Positions 29,961-38,773 of a stretch of 64,000 nt of DNA are shown here, piece by piece (within the stretch, counting starts at the first letter, position 1; each line of letters begins with the position of its first letter). The translations under genes were made by a program, and so were the position numbers. This DNA comes from an uncultured Gammaproteobacteria bacterium (GTDB taxonomy: Bacteria > Patescibacteriota > Microgenomatia > CAZETR01 > Amesbacteraceae), in assembly GCA_964502885.1 (NCBI GenBank), contig CAZCXU010000001.1, forward strand, positions 93,352-157,351, in the 5' to 3' direction. The notes under the pieces were generated by a model. It was not told the DNA's origin and searched no databases. It saw only the letters and a list, made by a program, of their open reading frames with translations.

Positions 29961-30326
29961 TTATGAACCAATCGTTGCGAGATTGAATTCGATAAGGTTG
30001 ACGTTGAAGAGAACACGCAGAATGTACAGTAAGGCGTAAGCAGAGAAGACGATTGCCAAACCGATTAAGGCGGCAGTGATCTTCTTGCGAGCTTTTTCGG
30101 TACCTTCTTTGTCTCCACCAGCGAGAATCCATTGTAAACCACCCCAAAGTAGGATGATAAAGGAAGCTACGCCAGCGATACCCAACATAAGATTCAAGAT
30201 GGTTCTCAAGAAATCTGATGGGGTATAGTTCTTCAAAGTGTCGAAACGTGTATCGACGTTAGCCACGCTACCGACATCCGAGTCTGGAATAGGAAGAGCA
30301 AGTTGTGCAAGTAGTCTCATCATCAA
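29961..30326 (-). CDS. VirB2/TrbC-like pilin paralog 2 of 11
   Basis: Core LLWGGLQWILAGGDKEGTEKARKKITAALIGLAIVFSAYALLYIL. Confidence 0.5.
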   Translation of the reverse strand: MMMRLLAQLALPIPDSDVGSVANVDTRFDTLKNYTPSDFLRTILNLMLGIAGVASFIILLWGGLQWILAGGDKEGTEKARKKITAALIGLAIVFSAYALLYILRVLFNVNLIEFNLATIGS

Positions 30327-30379
30327 ATCTCACCGCCTTTCAGTGGAAAGTATAACATAAAATCAGTGCCGGAGGCTAA

Positions 30380-30754
30380 TTAGAGGGGTGTGATAGTGTA
30401 CTCAATGAGATTGACGTTGAAGAGGGTACGGATGATATACAGAATCGCATAGGATGAAAATACGATAGCCAATCCTATGAGAGCATAGCTGATTTTGCGG
30501 CGAGCTTTCTCGACTGCGTCTTTGTCGGATCCAGCGGTAATCCATTGAAACCCACCTATTAGGAGGAATAAGAATGCGGCAACACCTGACAGGCCCAGGA
30601 GGGCAAGAATCGACGTGCGGATATAGCTGGCGGGCTGAATATTGTAGGTGTTAGCAAAAGGAGAGTTGGGGTCGCGTAGATCTATTAATTGCTGGGCATC
30701 AATAGAAGGAGGAAAGAGAAGCAAGCTTGCCAGGAGAGCGAGAATCAGTTTCAT
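30380..30754 (-). CDS. VirB2/TrbC-like pilin paralog 3 of 11
   Basis: Signal peptide plus core LLIGGFQWITAGSDKDAVEKARRKISYALIGLAIVFSSYAILYII. Confidence 0.5.
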   Translation of the reverse strand: MKLILALLASLLLFPPSIDAQQLIDLRDPNSPFANTYNIQPASYIRTSILALLGLSGVAAFLFLLIGGFQWITAGSDKDAVEKARRKISYALIGLAIVFSSYAILYIIRTLFNVNLIEYTITPL

Positions 30755-30782
30755 GTGAGTTCGAGTTTATAAGAAAGGGTTG

Positions 30783-31454
30783 TCAGTTACAAGGGATGCA
30801 GGTAATCAGGCCACATCCAGTCGTGCCGAGCGGAGTCCAAGAGCCGTTTGATTCGCATCGGAAACATGGACCATTTATGACAGATGTTGATCCTAACGTG
30901 CCTGCCGGAATGCATCTTCCAGTTGCAGATCCGCCACAGGCACACATGCCGGATGGTGGGGTGATGTCGCAGCCGGGATCTGTGGGGTTAGTACAAGGAA
31001 TCCCTGAATCCCAGGGATCACTACCAGGAGCAGGTGGGTTGGGGTCGTTGATCTGAGAGGAAATTTCCCCGATATGTCCGAGGTTGAATTGAATTAAATT
31101 GATGTTAAAGAGGGTGCGGAGAGCAAAAAGGAAACTGTAGGCTGAAAAAACAATTACCAGTCCAATTAAAGCCTGAACAACCTTTCTGCGGGCTTTTTCA
31201 ATTGCGTCTTTATCACCACCAGCCAGTATCCACTGAATACCGCCGATAAGCAGGAATATAAAAGAAAAAACTCCTGCCAGTTGGAGGAGAAGGTTTAGAA
31301 GTGTGGTCAATATCATTGATGGGGTGAGGCTGCGAATTGTCGTAAAATCCGGATCGACGTTTTGTTCTATGCCAATGTAGTCTTGTGCTTTTGCGGTTGC
31401 AGGCATTAAGAACATAGAAATAACTGTGGAGATGTGAACCAGGTGGTTTCGCAT
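30783..31454 (-). CDS. VirB2/TrbC-like pilin paralog 4 of 11 with C-terminal Cys-rich extension
   Basis: Pilin core IQWILAGGDKDAIEKARRKVVQALIGLVIVFSAY, plus a ~100-aa C-terminal tail with 12 Cys. Confidence 0.5.
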   Translation of the reverse strand: MRNHLVHISTVISMFLMPATAKAQDYIGIEQNVDPDFTTIRSLTPSMILTTLLNLLLQLAGVFSFIFLLIGGIQWILAGGDKDAIEKARRKVVQALIGLVIVFSAYSFLFALRTLFNINLIQFNLGHIGEISSQINDPNPPAPGSDPWDSGIPCTNPTDPGCDITPPSGMCACGGSATGRCIPAGTLGSTSVINGPCFRCESNGSWTPLGTTGCGLITCIPCN

Positions 31455-31460
31455 GGGTAA

Positions 31461-31802
31461 TTAGAGGTTTCTTAAGGTGAATCCAATCGGATTTACATTA
31501 AATAGGACACGCAATATATAAAGAATGGCGTAGGAAGAAAAGACGATAACTAAACCTATCAGCGCGTTGATGATTTTACGGCGGGCTTTGTCGATACCAT
31601 CTTTGTCGCCACCGGCAGTAATCCACTGAACTCCACCCCAGAGCAGATAAATAAAGAAGCCAACACCAGCAAGACCCAAGAGAAGACTGATGGCTGTAGC
31701 GACATAAGCGGAGGGTTTGAGGTTTGTAATGTAGTCGTAGTTGCTGTCACCAGAATTGACAGTGATGGGAACAAATTGAGCCAATAGGTGTTGGTTGATC
31801 AT
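31461..31802 (-). CDS. VirB2/TrbC-like pilin paralog 5 of 11
   Basis: Core LLWGGVQWITAGGDKDGIDKARRKIINALIGLVIVFSSYAILYIL. Confidence 0.5.
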   Translation of the reverse strand: MINQHLLAQFVPITVNSGDSNYDYITNLKPSAYVATAISLLLGLAGVGFFIYLLWGGVQWITAGGDKDGIDKARRKIINALIGLVIVFSSYAILYILRVLFNVNPIGFTLRNL

Positions 31803-32131
31803 AGTTCAGGAACGTTGAGGGAGAGAATCGAGACGCCAAATAACACTTCGATTATCCAAATGATTACGAATGAAGAAAGAAGTATGGCAATTCCAATAAG
31901 GGCATTACGAATACGGTGTGTGGCTTTCTGGACGCCTTCCTTATCTCCGCCGGCGGTGATATAGGCAAAACCACCCATTAACAAGTTGACGAAAAAATAA
32001 ATTCCACTTAATCCCATGACGGCATTTAAGACGTTTCTTAGTAGCAACTGGACCATGCTGTCAGCCTCGTTGACGTTGATATTTCCGATTTGACTGTTGA
32101 CCGCAGGGTTGACGATGGTAAACAGATACAT
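31799..32131 (-). CDS. VirB2/TrbC-like pilin paralog 6 of 11
   Basis: Core LLMGGFAYITAGGDKEGVQKATHRIRNALIGIAILLSSFVII. ATGA overlap with paralog 5. Confidence 0.5.
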   Translation of the reverse strand: MYLFTIVNPAVNSQIGNINVNEADSMVQLLLRNVLNAVMGLSGIYFFVNLLMGGFAYITAGGDKEGVQKATHRIRNALIGIAILLSSFVIIWIIEVLFGVSILSLNVPEL

Positions 32132-32134
32132 ATT

Positions 32135-32518
32135 TTAAGGTGAAGCAACAATTAACTGCAATCCGAGACGAAAGATGTCCAATCCCAGGAATCGGCCAAT
32201 GATTCCAATTAGTCCGTATGATCCAACAACTATGAACATACCCAATATGGAAGTGGAAAGACGTTTTTTGCTTACCTCCACGGTATTTTTATCGCCACCG
32301 GCACCAATCCACTGCATTCCGGAAAGGACTATTTGATAGATGAACCAAAGTGACGCGACTATAGTGAGTAAACCGAGGATAGAAGAAACAAATTTTTCCA
32401 ACATATCTCCGGGCCCTCCACCTGTGCCAGTCATAAAAAGTCCTGAATGTCCAAATGTACCCAGAGGTCCGACACCGTCAATGTTTCCCAAGTTGACTTG
32501 AGCTAAAAGGTTTCTCAT
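32135..32518 (-). CDS. VirB2/TrbC-like pilin paralog 7 of 11
   Basis: Core MQWIGAGGDKNTVEVSKKRLSTSILGMFIVVGSYGLIGII. Start set at the internal Met (ATGA overlap with paralog 8); the ORF track extends to 32554. Confidence 0.45.
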   Translation of the reverse strand: MRNLLAQVNLGNIDGVGPLGTFGHSGLFMTGTGGGPGDMLEKFVSSILGLLTIVASLWFIYQIVLSGMQWIGAGGDKNTVEVSKKRLSTSILGMFIVVGSYGLIGIIGRFLGLDIFRLGLQLIVASP

Positions 32519-32874
32519 GGGGTGAATATCCGTGGTGAAATAAGCGTGTTCCATCCATTAATACCATACAGGAAGAGGCCGATGACGCTGGCGATGACTA
32601 ATGATCCGGTGACTATGGCTAGTCCCAGAAAGGATTGCCAAATGCGCTCGTGGGCTTTTTGGACCATTTTGGGGTCGCCATTTGCGCTTAAGTATCCATA
32701 CCCTGCCAAAATTAGATTGATCAATGTGTATATACCAGCCAGGATTATGGAGAGTCGGATGAGGCTGCTAAGAATTAAGATAAGACCTTCGCCCTGAGTG
32801 CCAGCTGCGAGTCTGGGATTGTTGTATCCGGATGTCCCAAATGGATTGTCGATAGTGCCGAATGCTCCTAACAT
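32515..32874 (-). CDS. VirB2/TrbC-like pilin paralog 8 of 11
   Basis: Core LILAGYGYLSANGDPKMVQKAHERIWQSFLGLAIVTGSLVIASVIG. Confidence 0.45.
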   Translation of the reverse strand: MLGAFGTIDNPFGTSGYNNPRLAAGTQGEGLILILSSLIRLSIILAGIYTLINLILAGYGYLSANGDPKMVQKAHERIWQSFLGLAIVTGSLVIASVIGLFLYGINGWNTLISPRIFTP

Positions 32875-32880
32875 AGTTTT

Positions 32881-33231
32881 TTAGACGAATGGCGGGTCAA
32901 TTAAGTTTACACCTGTAATGGTAGATATAATCTGAAGTATAAAATAAGCACTAATGACTAGCAATAAGCCCAGAACTCCATAAGTGACGGAATTTTTTCC
33001 TTGCTGAACACGTTGTGGAGGGTTGATTTGTCCGCCAAAGATAATTAGTAAGTAACCTCCGTGGATGATGAGATAAATGAAATAAAGACTGGCGATTGCC
33101 ATGGCATTGAGGAGTAAGAGAGAGACAATATCGCCCAATTGACCACGGAAAGGGGAGGTGGCCCCAACGTTGGGATGGTTGACGAAAAACTTGTCTTGCA
33201 AGTTTACTGGCGGGTTAAGAAGCTGAAACAT
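32881..33231 (-). CDS. VirB2/TrbC-like pilin paralog 9 of 11 (most divergent)
   Basis: Two hydrophobic helices flank the GGQINPPQRVQQGKNSVTYGVLGLLLVISAYFILQII loop. The C-terminus ILQIISTITGVNLI is shared with paralog 10. Confidence 0.4.
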   Translation of the reverse strand: MFQLLNPPVNLQDKFFVNHPNVGATSPFRGQLGDIVSLLLLNAMAIASLYFIYLIIHGGYLLIIFGGQINPPQRVQQGKNSVTYGVLGLLLVISAYFILQIISTITGVNLIDPPFV

Positions 33232-33234
33232 TTT

Positions 33235-33540
33235 TTAGATTAAGTTGGTGCGGGTAATAGTTTGAATTATTTGCAAAATAAAGAAGGCACTAACTACAGT
33301 AAGGAGGCCAAGAAGCGCGTTGGTGATCTGTCTTTTTATCTGCATGAGTTTGGCTTCGTCGCCCAGGCTTCCCATATATGCGAATCCCGCTGTAATCAGA
33401 TGGTAAAGAAAATAGAGTCCGGCTCCGGCCATGGCAAAGAGAATAGTGCGAGAGGCGATTGTTGAGGGTAGTGTGGCACTGGTCGAGAATCGGCCGGAGG
33501 TGTGGATGAAATCGGGAATCTGAGCTAAATGTGAGTTCAT
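33235..33540 (-). CDS. VirB2/TrbC-like pilin paralog 10 of 11
   Basis: Core FAYMGSLGDEAKLMQIKRQITNALLGLLTVVSAFFILQIIQTITRTNLI. Confidence 0.45.
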   Translation of the reverse strand: MNSHLAQIPDFIHTSGRFSTSATLPSTIASRTILFAMAGAGLYFLYHLITAGFAYMGSLGDEAKLMQIKRQITNALLGLLTVVSAFFILQIIQTITRTNLI

Positions 33541-34055
33541 TAGAGTCGGAAACCAAATAAGGAGAGACCTAAGACGTTAAATCCTAAGAAGTTGAGAACG
33601 ACGATGGCGGAAGTGATAAGAATTAAACCTAGTACTGCCGAGGTGAGTGTGTCTTTGGCGGAATTAATTTTTTTAGGGTCGCCTTCAGCGGTGGCAATAG
33701 TGAAACCCGCATATACGATCAGAAGAAGAGTAGCCAGGCCGGCCAAACCAACTGCCCAAGTAGCAATAATCCAGACTGTATTTTGAGTATCGGAGGTGGG
33801 TATACAACCTAAGGCTGTCCTAATAGCACCAGTGCCTGCACAAAAAGGATTTTGAGCATTACATTCTGCTACAGTGTCGCAACAAAGATGTTCCATAGGG
33901 TTTGCACATTGAGGGCGGGCGACACAGGGACTGTAAGTACCCCATATTGTTCGAGAACGGATTTCACACCAGCTGTAAGTTGGATCTGGGAGGGATAATA
34001 CTGACGTGACAAATAAAAGTGTTGTGATAAGTATTCTAAGTGGTGCAGATTTCAC
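33540..34055 (-). CDS. VirB2/TrbC-like pilin paralog 11 of 11 with N-terminal Cys-rich module
   Basis: Signal peptide, an 8-Cys N-terminal module, then the pilin hairpin GFTIATAEGDPKKINSAKDTLTSAVLGLILITSAIVVLNFLGF. Confidence 0.45.
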   Translation of the reverse strand: MKSAPLRILITTLLFVTSVLSLPDPTYSWCEIRSRTIWGTYSPCVARPQCANPMEHLCCDTVAECNAQNPFCAGTGAIRTALGCIPTSDTQNTVWIIATWAVGLAGLATLLLIVYAGFTIATAEGDPKKINSAKDTLTSAVLGLILITSAIVVLNFLGFNVLGLSLFGFRL

Positions 34056-34080
34056 AGATTAAGTTTAGCATAATTCGGGT

Positions 34081-35868
34081 ATGATAATTGGTATGACGAA
34101 AGTGAGACTTACAATAATATGTTTAATAACGTTTTTATGGATAACCATGACATCTTCGGTGCGGGCAGAGGAGTGTGATAATCCAGGAAGTTTGTCTGAT
34201 CCAGTAACAATAACCAGATGCATAGGCAAATTTAATGGAATATTGGAAGCGATTTCGAAAGCAAATTCTAACAACAAGCAGCAGCTGCAGGGGATGCAGC
34301 AACAGATTGCCAAACTACAAGCGCAAATAAAAGCTTTGGAGATGCAAATCGGGGTGCTACAAAAAGGAATATTTGAAAGAGAAGTACGGGTGGGGGTGAA
34401 ACAGGAACTGTTGTCTGCGAAAGTGAGACGTGACTATGTAGTGAAACGAGATCAGCCAATATTGCAGGTGTTGTTTGCTGCTGATGGGGCAGCGGATTTT
34501 TTTCAAGATATGTTTTTGCGGGAGAAGTTGGCGCGGCTGGACCATGCATTGATTGTGTCTGTGGGGGGGGAGATTAAAAATTTGAATGATCAGGCGCAAA
34601 CTTTATCGTCCCAAAAACAAAAACTGGCGAGTCTTCAGGCGCAAGTAGATAAGCAGGCGGATTTTCTACAGGCGGAAGTCGAAAAAGCCAGTAAATATGA
34701 GTCTGATTTGGGAGGGAAGATCTCAGCATTGACCGCTAGGCAACAGGAATTGCTGGCGGAAAAGACTGGGACTATCGCCACTTCGGTCGGAGATGTACCA
34801 CTAGCTGACGATCCGGCCGCGAGACCGGATTACAATCCAGGTTTTTCACCGGCGTTTGCCATGTTTTCGTTCGGGGCGCCACACTTTAAAGGGATGAGCC
34901 AATATGGGGCTTTGGGTAGGGCCAAGGCAGGCCAGAGTTATGAGACCATTCTTAAGGCTTACTATGGTGATGTGAGGATTGTGGATGTGGGAACGGGTTT
35001 TTCGATAAGGACAAGTGCAGGAACAATGCCAATGGAGGATAGATATATGAAGGGGATAGCGGAGATGCCGACGTCGTGGGCAAATGACGGGGGAATGGAG
35101 GCGTTGAAGGCGCAAGCGATAGCGGCCAGAAGCTATGCGTTGAGTTATGTGGGGTGGCGAATGGGTAAACAATCAGCCGGAGGTTCGATTTGTGTGACGG
35201 AAGCGTGTCAGGTATGGAGATCGTCGAAAGCAAACAGTCCCGGAGCGTGGGGAAGTGCTGTTGATCAGACTAAGGGAAAGATTTTGGTGAGTAACAAAAC
35301 GGGAGAAATTATTAGCGCCTGGTATGCGAGTACGTCGGGAGGTTATCAGGAAAGTTATACCACCTTGGGCCATACTACTCCTGGATTTTGGGACACGACA
35401 TCAAATTGGACGAGGTGGGCAGATGGAGCGTATGAGGTAAAAGCAGGAAGTCCGTGGTTTTATAAAGGCTGGTACAAGACCAGGACAGGAAAAACCTGTG
35501 GCAGGGCACATCCGTGGCTTAACCAGGAGGAGTTCTCAGATATGGTGAATGCTGCCATTGTGGTGGAAAGAGGTGGAGATGTGTCGGGAATTTTTCCTGA
35601 AGATGTGAGGAGTTGTTGGGGTGGAAGTGACAATCCATGGTCAAAAGACCGGTTGGCACAGGAAGCGGACAAGCATGGTGGCCGGGTGACGAGTGTCGGT
35701 AGTGTGAGAGTGGAGCATGGAAACAATGGTATTACAAACAAGGTAATACTTTCGACAAATAGAGGAGAAGTTACGATTACCGGAAGTAATTTCAAACGAG
35801 CATTTAATTTGCGCGCCCCAGGAGCTCTAGCTTTGAAGAGTGGACTTTTTAATATCGAAAAGAAGTGA
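34081..35868 (+). CDS. SpoIID/LytB-domain peptidoglycan hydrolase with N-terminal coiled coil
   Basis: Signal peptide, then a heptad-rich region (QQQIAKLQAQIKALEMQIGVLQ). SpoIID signature EALKAQAIAARSYAL. Confidence 0.6.
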   Translation: MIIGMTKVRLTIICLITFLWITMTSSVRAEECDNPGSLSDPVTITRCIGKFNGILEAISKANSNNKQQLQGMQQQIAKLQAQIKALEMQIGVLQKGIFEREVRVGVKQELLSAKVRRDYVVKRDQPILQVLFAADGAADFFQDMFLREKLARLDHALIVSVGGEIKNLNDQAQTLSSQKQKLASLQAQVDKQADFLQAEVEKASKYESDLGGKISALTARQQELLAEKTGTIATSVGDVPLADDPAARPDYNPGFSPAFAMFSFGAPHFKGMSQYGALGRAKAGQSYETILKAYYGDVRIVDVGTGFSIRTSAGTMPMEDRYMKGIAEMPTSWANDGGMEALKAQAIAARSYALSYVGWRMGKQSAGGSICVTEACQVWRSSKANSPGAWGSAVDQTKGKILVSNKTGEIISAWYASTSGGYQESYTTLGHTTPGFWDTTSNWTRWADGAYEVKAGSPWFYKGWYKTRTGKTCGRAHPWLNQEEFSDMVNAAIVVERGGDVSGIFPEDVRSCWGGSDNPWSKDRLAQEADKHGGRVTSVGSVRVEHGNNGITNKVILSTNRGEVTITGSNFKRAFNLRAPGALALKSGLFNIEKK

Positions 35869-35902
35869 AGAGGTTAGAAGATGTTTGGTGTAAAATCAGG
35901 TT

Positions 35903-36628
35903 GTGACTGATCTATACGTTTCTCAGGATAAACATAAGCAAGCGCATGCACATCCTGCGTCTTCTGCTCATGGGCCGCAAGAGAAGAGCGTGACTGAGGG
36001 TGTGACAGCAGGTCAACATGATCAAGTGAGAACACATATCAATGATGTCTTGAAGCGGGTGGGGGAAAAACCCCGCAAAGAACTAGGAGGAGCCTATACT
36101 GTGTTTCCCGGGGTGAAATTTATCCAAAAACAGCAAGATGAGGAAGTGGTATTGATGTTGCGGGCGCACCCGATCACGAATTTTAAGTGGATTGTTACCG
36201 TGATTTTGGCGTTATTGCTTCCAGAGATTCTCATTGCTTTTGGGGCTTTGGCAGAGATTCCCTTCAGGGTTGTATTTGTAGGGAGACTGGTGTGGTATTT
36301 AATGATGTTGGGCTTTTCATTTGAGAAATTTCTGTCGTGGTATTACTCGGTGTTCATTGTGACAAATGAAAGAGTTATTGATATCGATTTTGTCAATTTG
36401 CTATATAGGGTGGTTTCTTATGCCAATCTGGATCACATTGAAGAGCCGGCGATGGTGGCGGGCGGTTTTATCAGGTCAATTTTTAAATATGGGGACGTGT
36501 CTGTGGCTACGGCTGCTGAAAAGTCGACAATCGAGGCTATGGGAGTGCCGCATCCAGATAAGGTGATACGAATCGTTTCTGAGCTGGCGGAGGATTACGA
36601 AAGAGCTCACGGGAGGAGAGACAAATGA
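35903..36628 (+). CDS. membrane protein with bacterial PH (YdbS/YdbT-like) domain
   Basis: EEVVLMLRAHPITNFKWIVTVILALLL plus two TM helices, the typical bPH_2 architecture. Confidence 0.45.
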   Translation: MTDLYVSQDKHKQAHAHPASSAHGPQEKSVTEGVTAGQHDQVRTHINDVLKRVGEKPRKELGGAYTVFPGVKFIQKQQDEEVVLMLRAHPITNFKWIVTVILALLLPEILIAFGALAEIPFRVVFVGRLVWYLMMLGFSFEKFLSWYYSVFIVTNERVIDIDFVNLLYRVVSYANLDHIEEPAMVAGGFIRSIFKYGDVSVATAAEKSTIEAMGVPHPDKVIRIVSELAEDYERAHGRRDK

Positions 36629-36870
36629 ACGAAACAGCAGGTGTGGCGTGGCTACAGAATTTTTTGGTGAGTGGGCCAGAATTAATTCTTAAGGGGTTTT
36701 TGGTAGTGGGGATGCTAATGTATCTATTTTTTGCGCTGGTGGTAATGAAACAGGTGGCAATTATGACGGAAACCTTTGAATCTGAAGTTAACTCAACAGT
36801 GAAATTGTTTGCATGGGGACATTTTCTGTTGACGGTCGTGATTTTGGCTGTGGTGATAGTGGTACTTTAG
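36625..36870 (+). CDS. small two-TM membrane protein
   Basis: 81 aa, translationally coupled (ATGA) to the upstream gene. Confidence 0.35.
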   Translation: MNETAGVAWLQNFLVSGPELILKGFLVVGMLMYLFFALVVMKQVAIMTETFESEVNSTVKLFAWGHFLLTVVILAVVIVVL

Positions 36871-36913
36871 GAGAGGGCAGAGACTTTTGTTTCTGTGATA
36901 TCCTTTTATTGAT

Positions 36914-38773
36914 ATGGAATTAGCCGTGGGAAAAATTTCCGGTAATATGGGTGACAATTTTTGGGGGCAGGTACTGACTTATGCTCCCAATGAAGAAGAC
37001 TTGAAAAATGTCCGTGGAGAGTTGGTTGTGGTATTGGGTATAGATGGGGAGGGTGGGCAAATAGAAACAATGAAAAAAGGGAGGGAGGTATTGAGTGAGA
37101 TTCAAAATGGGTATTTCTCAGGCAAGAAAGAGTCTAATTTTGAATCTCTGAAGGAAGCGGTGGAAACTGGAGTTTCAGGAGATGCGAGGGTGCAGGTCGG
37201 GTGTGTGGCTTTAGCCAGAGATTGCTGGCAAGTTGTGGTTTGGGGCGGAATGGGTGTATGGGTGCAGAACGGAACTAAAAGTGGGTATGTGGTAAGGCCG
37301 GGGAGGGCTTCGGGAGATTTGATTGCTGTGAGCGGAAAGTTGAGTGTGGGAGGTGTGGTGGTTTTGGGCAATCAAGTTTTTTTTGCGGGAATTTCTGAAA
37401 GCGAACTTCCGAAATTTGTTATCCGTGGGGATGTGGACTTTGCCGCTGAGGCAATGAGGGGGGTTTTACAGAAAGCGAGTGGGGTTGGAGGTGGGTGGGT
37501 GGGGGTTGTTTTGAAACAAAATGCTCATAGGGAGACAAAGAAATTTGAGGTAGTAGATAAACAAAAAGAACTTGTTTCTGAAGGGGCTTTTCGGCCAAGC
37601 TATCCAAGCTATGGACAACGACTGCTTAACAAATTCTTGATGGCGGCATCGAGGATTTATGTCAAAAGGGGAGACAGAGAAGATCAGCGGCGAAAAGTGC
37701 GTTATCTGGGGCTAGGGCTAGTGGCTACACTTTTGATAATGGTGGGGGTGGGACATTTTACCGCGAAGAAAAATGATAATTCAAAAAGCGAATCAGTTTT
37801 TTCGTTTGTCTCGGTTGAAGAAAAAATAAATGAAGCCGCTGAGTTGGCCGATCTGAATCCAGCCAGAACTAAGGAGTTACTGATTGATGTGAAGAGTGCG
37901 ATGAGCAATTTGAAAGGAAATAAGAATGATGTTCAAAAAATAGGGGTATTGGAGACCCGATGGAATGAAATCTGGCAAAGAGCTTCCGGGATAGTAAAGT
38001 TGGAAGTGAAAGAAGTTGTGGATCTGACCTTGGTAAGAGAGGGGATGCAGGGGCGGCGGATGGTGAAAGTAAAAGATAAGTTGTTTGTGTTGGATGGGGA
38101 TTTGGGCAGAGTAGTGGAAGTTACATATGCTAACGGATCGGCTAAGGTGGTCGGTGGAGGAAATCCAATCGCACAGGCGACGTTGATTGCCAATTATCTG
38201 GAACGTGTTTTTGTGATGACCCCCAACGGAATGGTTGAGATCGGAGAATCGGTGGTGAAACTGAAGCCTGGTGAAAGTTGGGGAGCTATTGCTGATATGA
38301 AGTTGTTTGGAGGAAATGTGTATTTGCTGGATAGCGAAAAAGGGGAGGTGTGGAGACATCAGGTAAAAGGAGCTGAGTGGGGAAGCGCTCAAAAGTGGCT
38401 GGCGGATGGGAACGGGGGTGCGGCAATTGTGGGCGCAAAATCTATGTTGATAGACGGCAGTATTTATGTAATAGGAAGAAATGGAATGAGTAAGTTTACT
38501 CGGGGAATAGAAGACAGAGTTGCGGTGGAGGGTTTGGATGAAATGTGGGGCGATGGGGTGGTGGCTTGGACAGGAGAAGATGACGAGAATATATATGTGC
38601 TGGATGGTGACAAAAAGCGGATTGTGGTGATTAGTAAACAGGGGGCGTATAAAAAACAATTTGTAGCAGATGTGTTCGCGGGAGCCAGCGATTTAGCTGT
38701 TGATGAGGATCGAGGCGAGATTTTTGTACTTTCCGGTGGTAAAGTCTGGGCTGCAAAGTATGAAAGTAACTAG
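36914..38773 (+). CDS. hypothetical single-pass membrane protein with C-terminal beta-propeller-like repeats
   Basis: Central TM LGLGLVATLLIMVGVGHF. Repeated motifs IYVLDGDKKRIVV, VYLLDSEKGEVWRH, LFVLDGDLGRVVEV and IFVLSGGKVWAAKY. Confidence 0.45.
   Translation: MELAVGKISGNMGDNFWGQVLTYAPNEEDLKNVRGELVVVLGIDGEGGQIETMKKGREVLSEIQNGYFSGKKESNFESLKEAVETGVSGDARVQVGCVALARDCWQVVVWGGMGVWVQNGTKSGYVVRPGRASGDLIAVSGKLSVGGVVVLGNQVFFAGISESELPKFVIRGDVDFAAEAMRGVLQKASGVGGGWVGVVLKQNAHRETKKFEVVDKQKELVSEGAFRPSYPSYGQRLLNKFLMAASRIYVKRGDREDQRRKVRYLGLGLVATLLIMVGVGHFTAKKNDNSKSESVFSFVSVEEKINEAAELADLNPARTKELLIDVKSAMSNLKGNKNDVQKIGVLETRWNEIWQRASGIVKLEVKEVVDLTLVREGMQGRRMVKVKDKLFVLDGDLGRVVEVTYANGSAKVVGGGNPIAQATLIANYLERVFVMTPNGMVEIGESVVKLKPGESWGAIADMKLFGGNVYLLDSEKGEVWRHQVKGAEWGSAQKWLADGNGGAAIVGAKSMLIDGSIYVIGRNGMSKFTRGIEDRVAVEGLDEMWGDGVVAWTGEDDENIYVLDGDKKRIVVISKQGAYKKQFVADVFAGASDLAVDEDRGEIFVLSGGKVWAAKYESN

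Noticed and set aside
34268-35795. Minus-strand ORFs (80-110 aa, Pro/His-rich) opposite the SpoIID-like gene
   Set aside because: Antisense frames of a well-supported plus-strand CDS with a conserved SpoIID motif.
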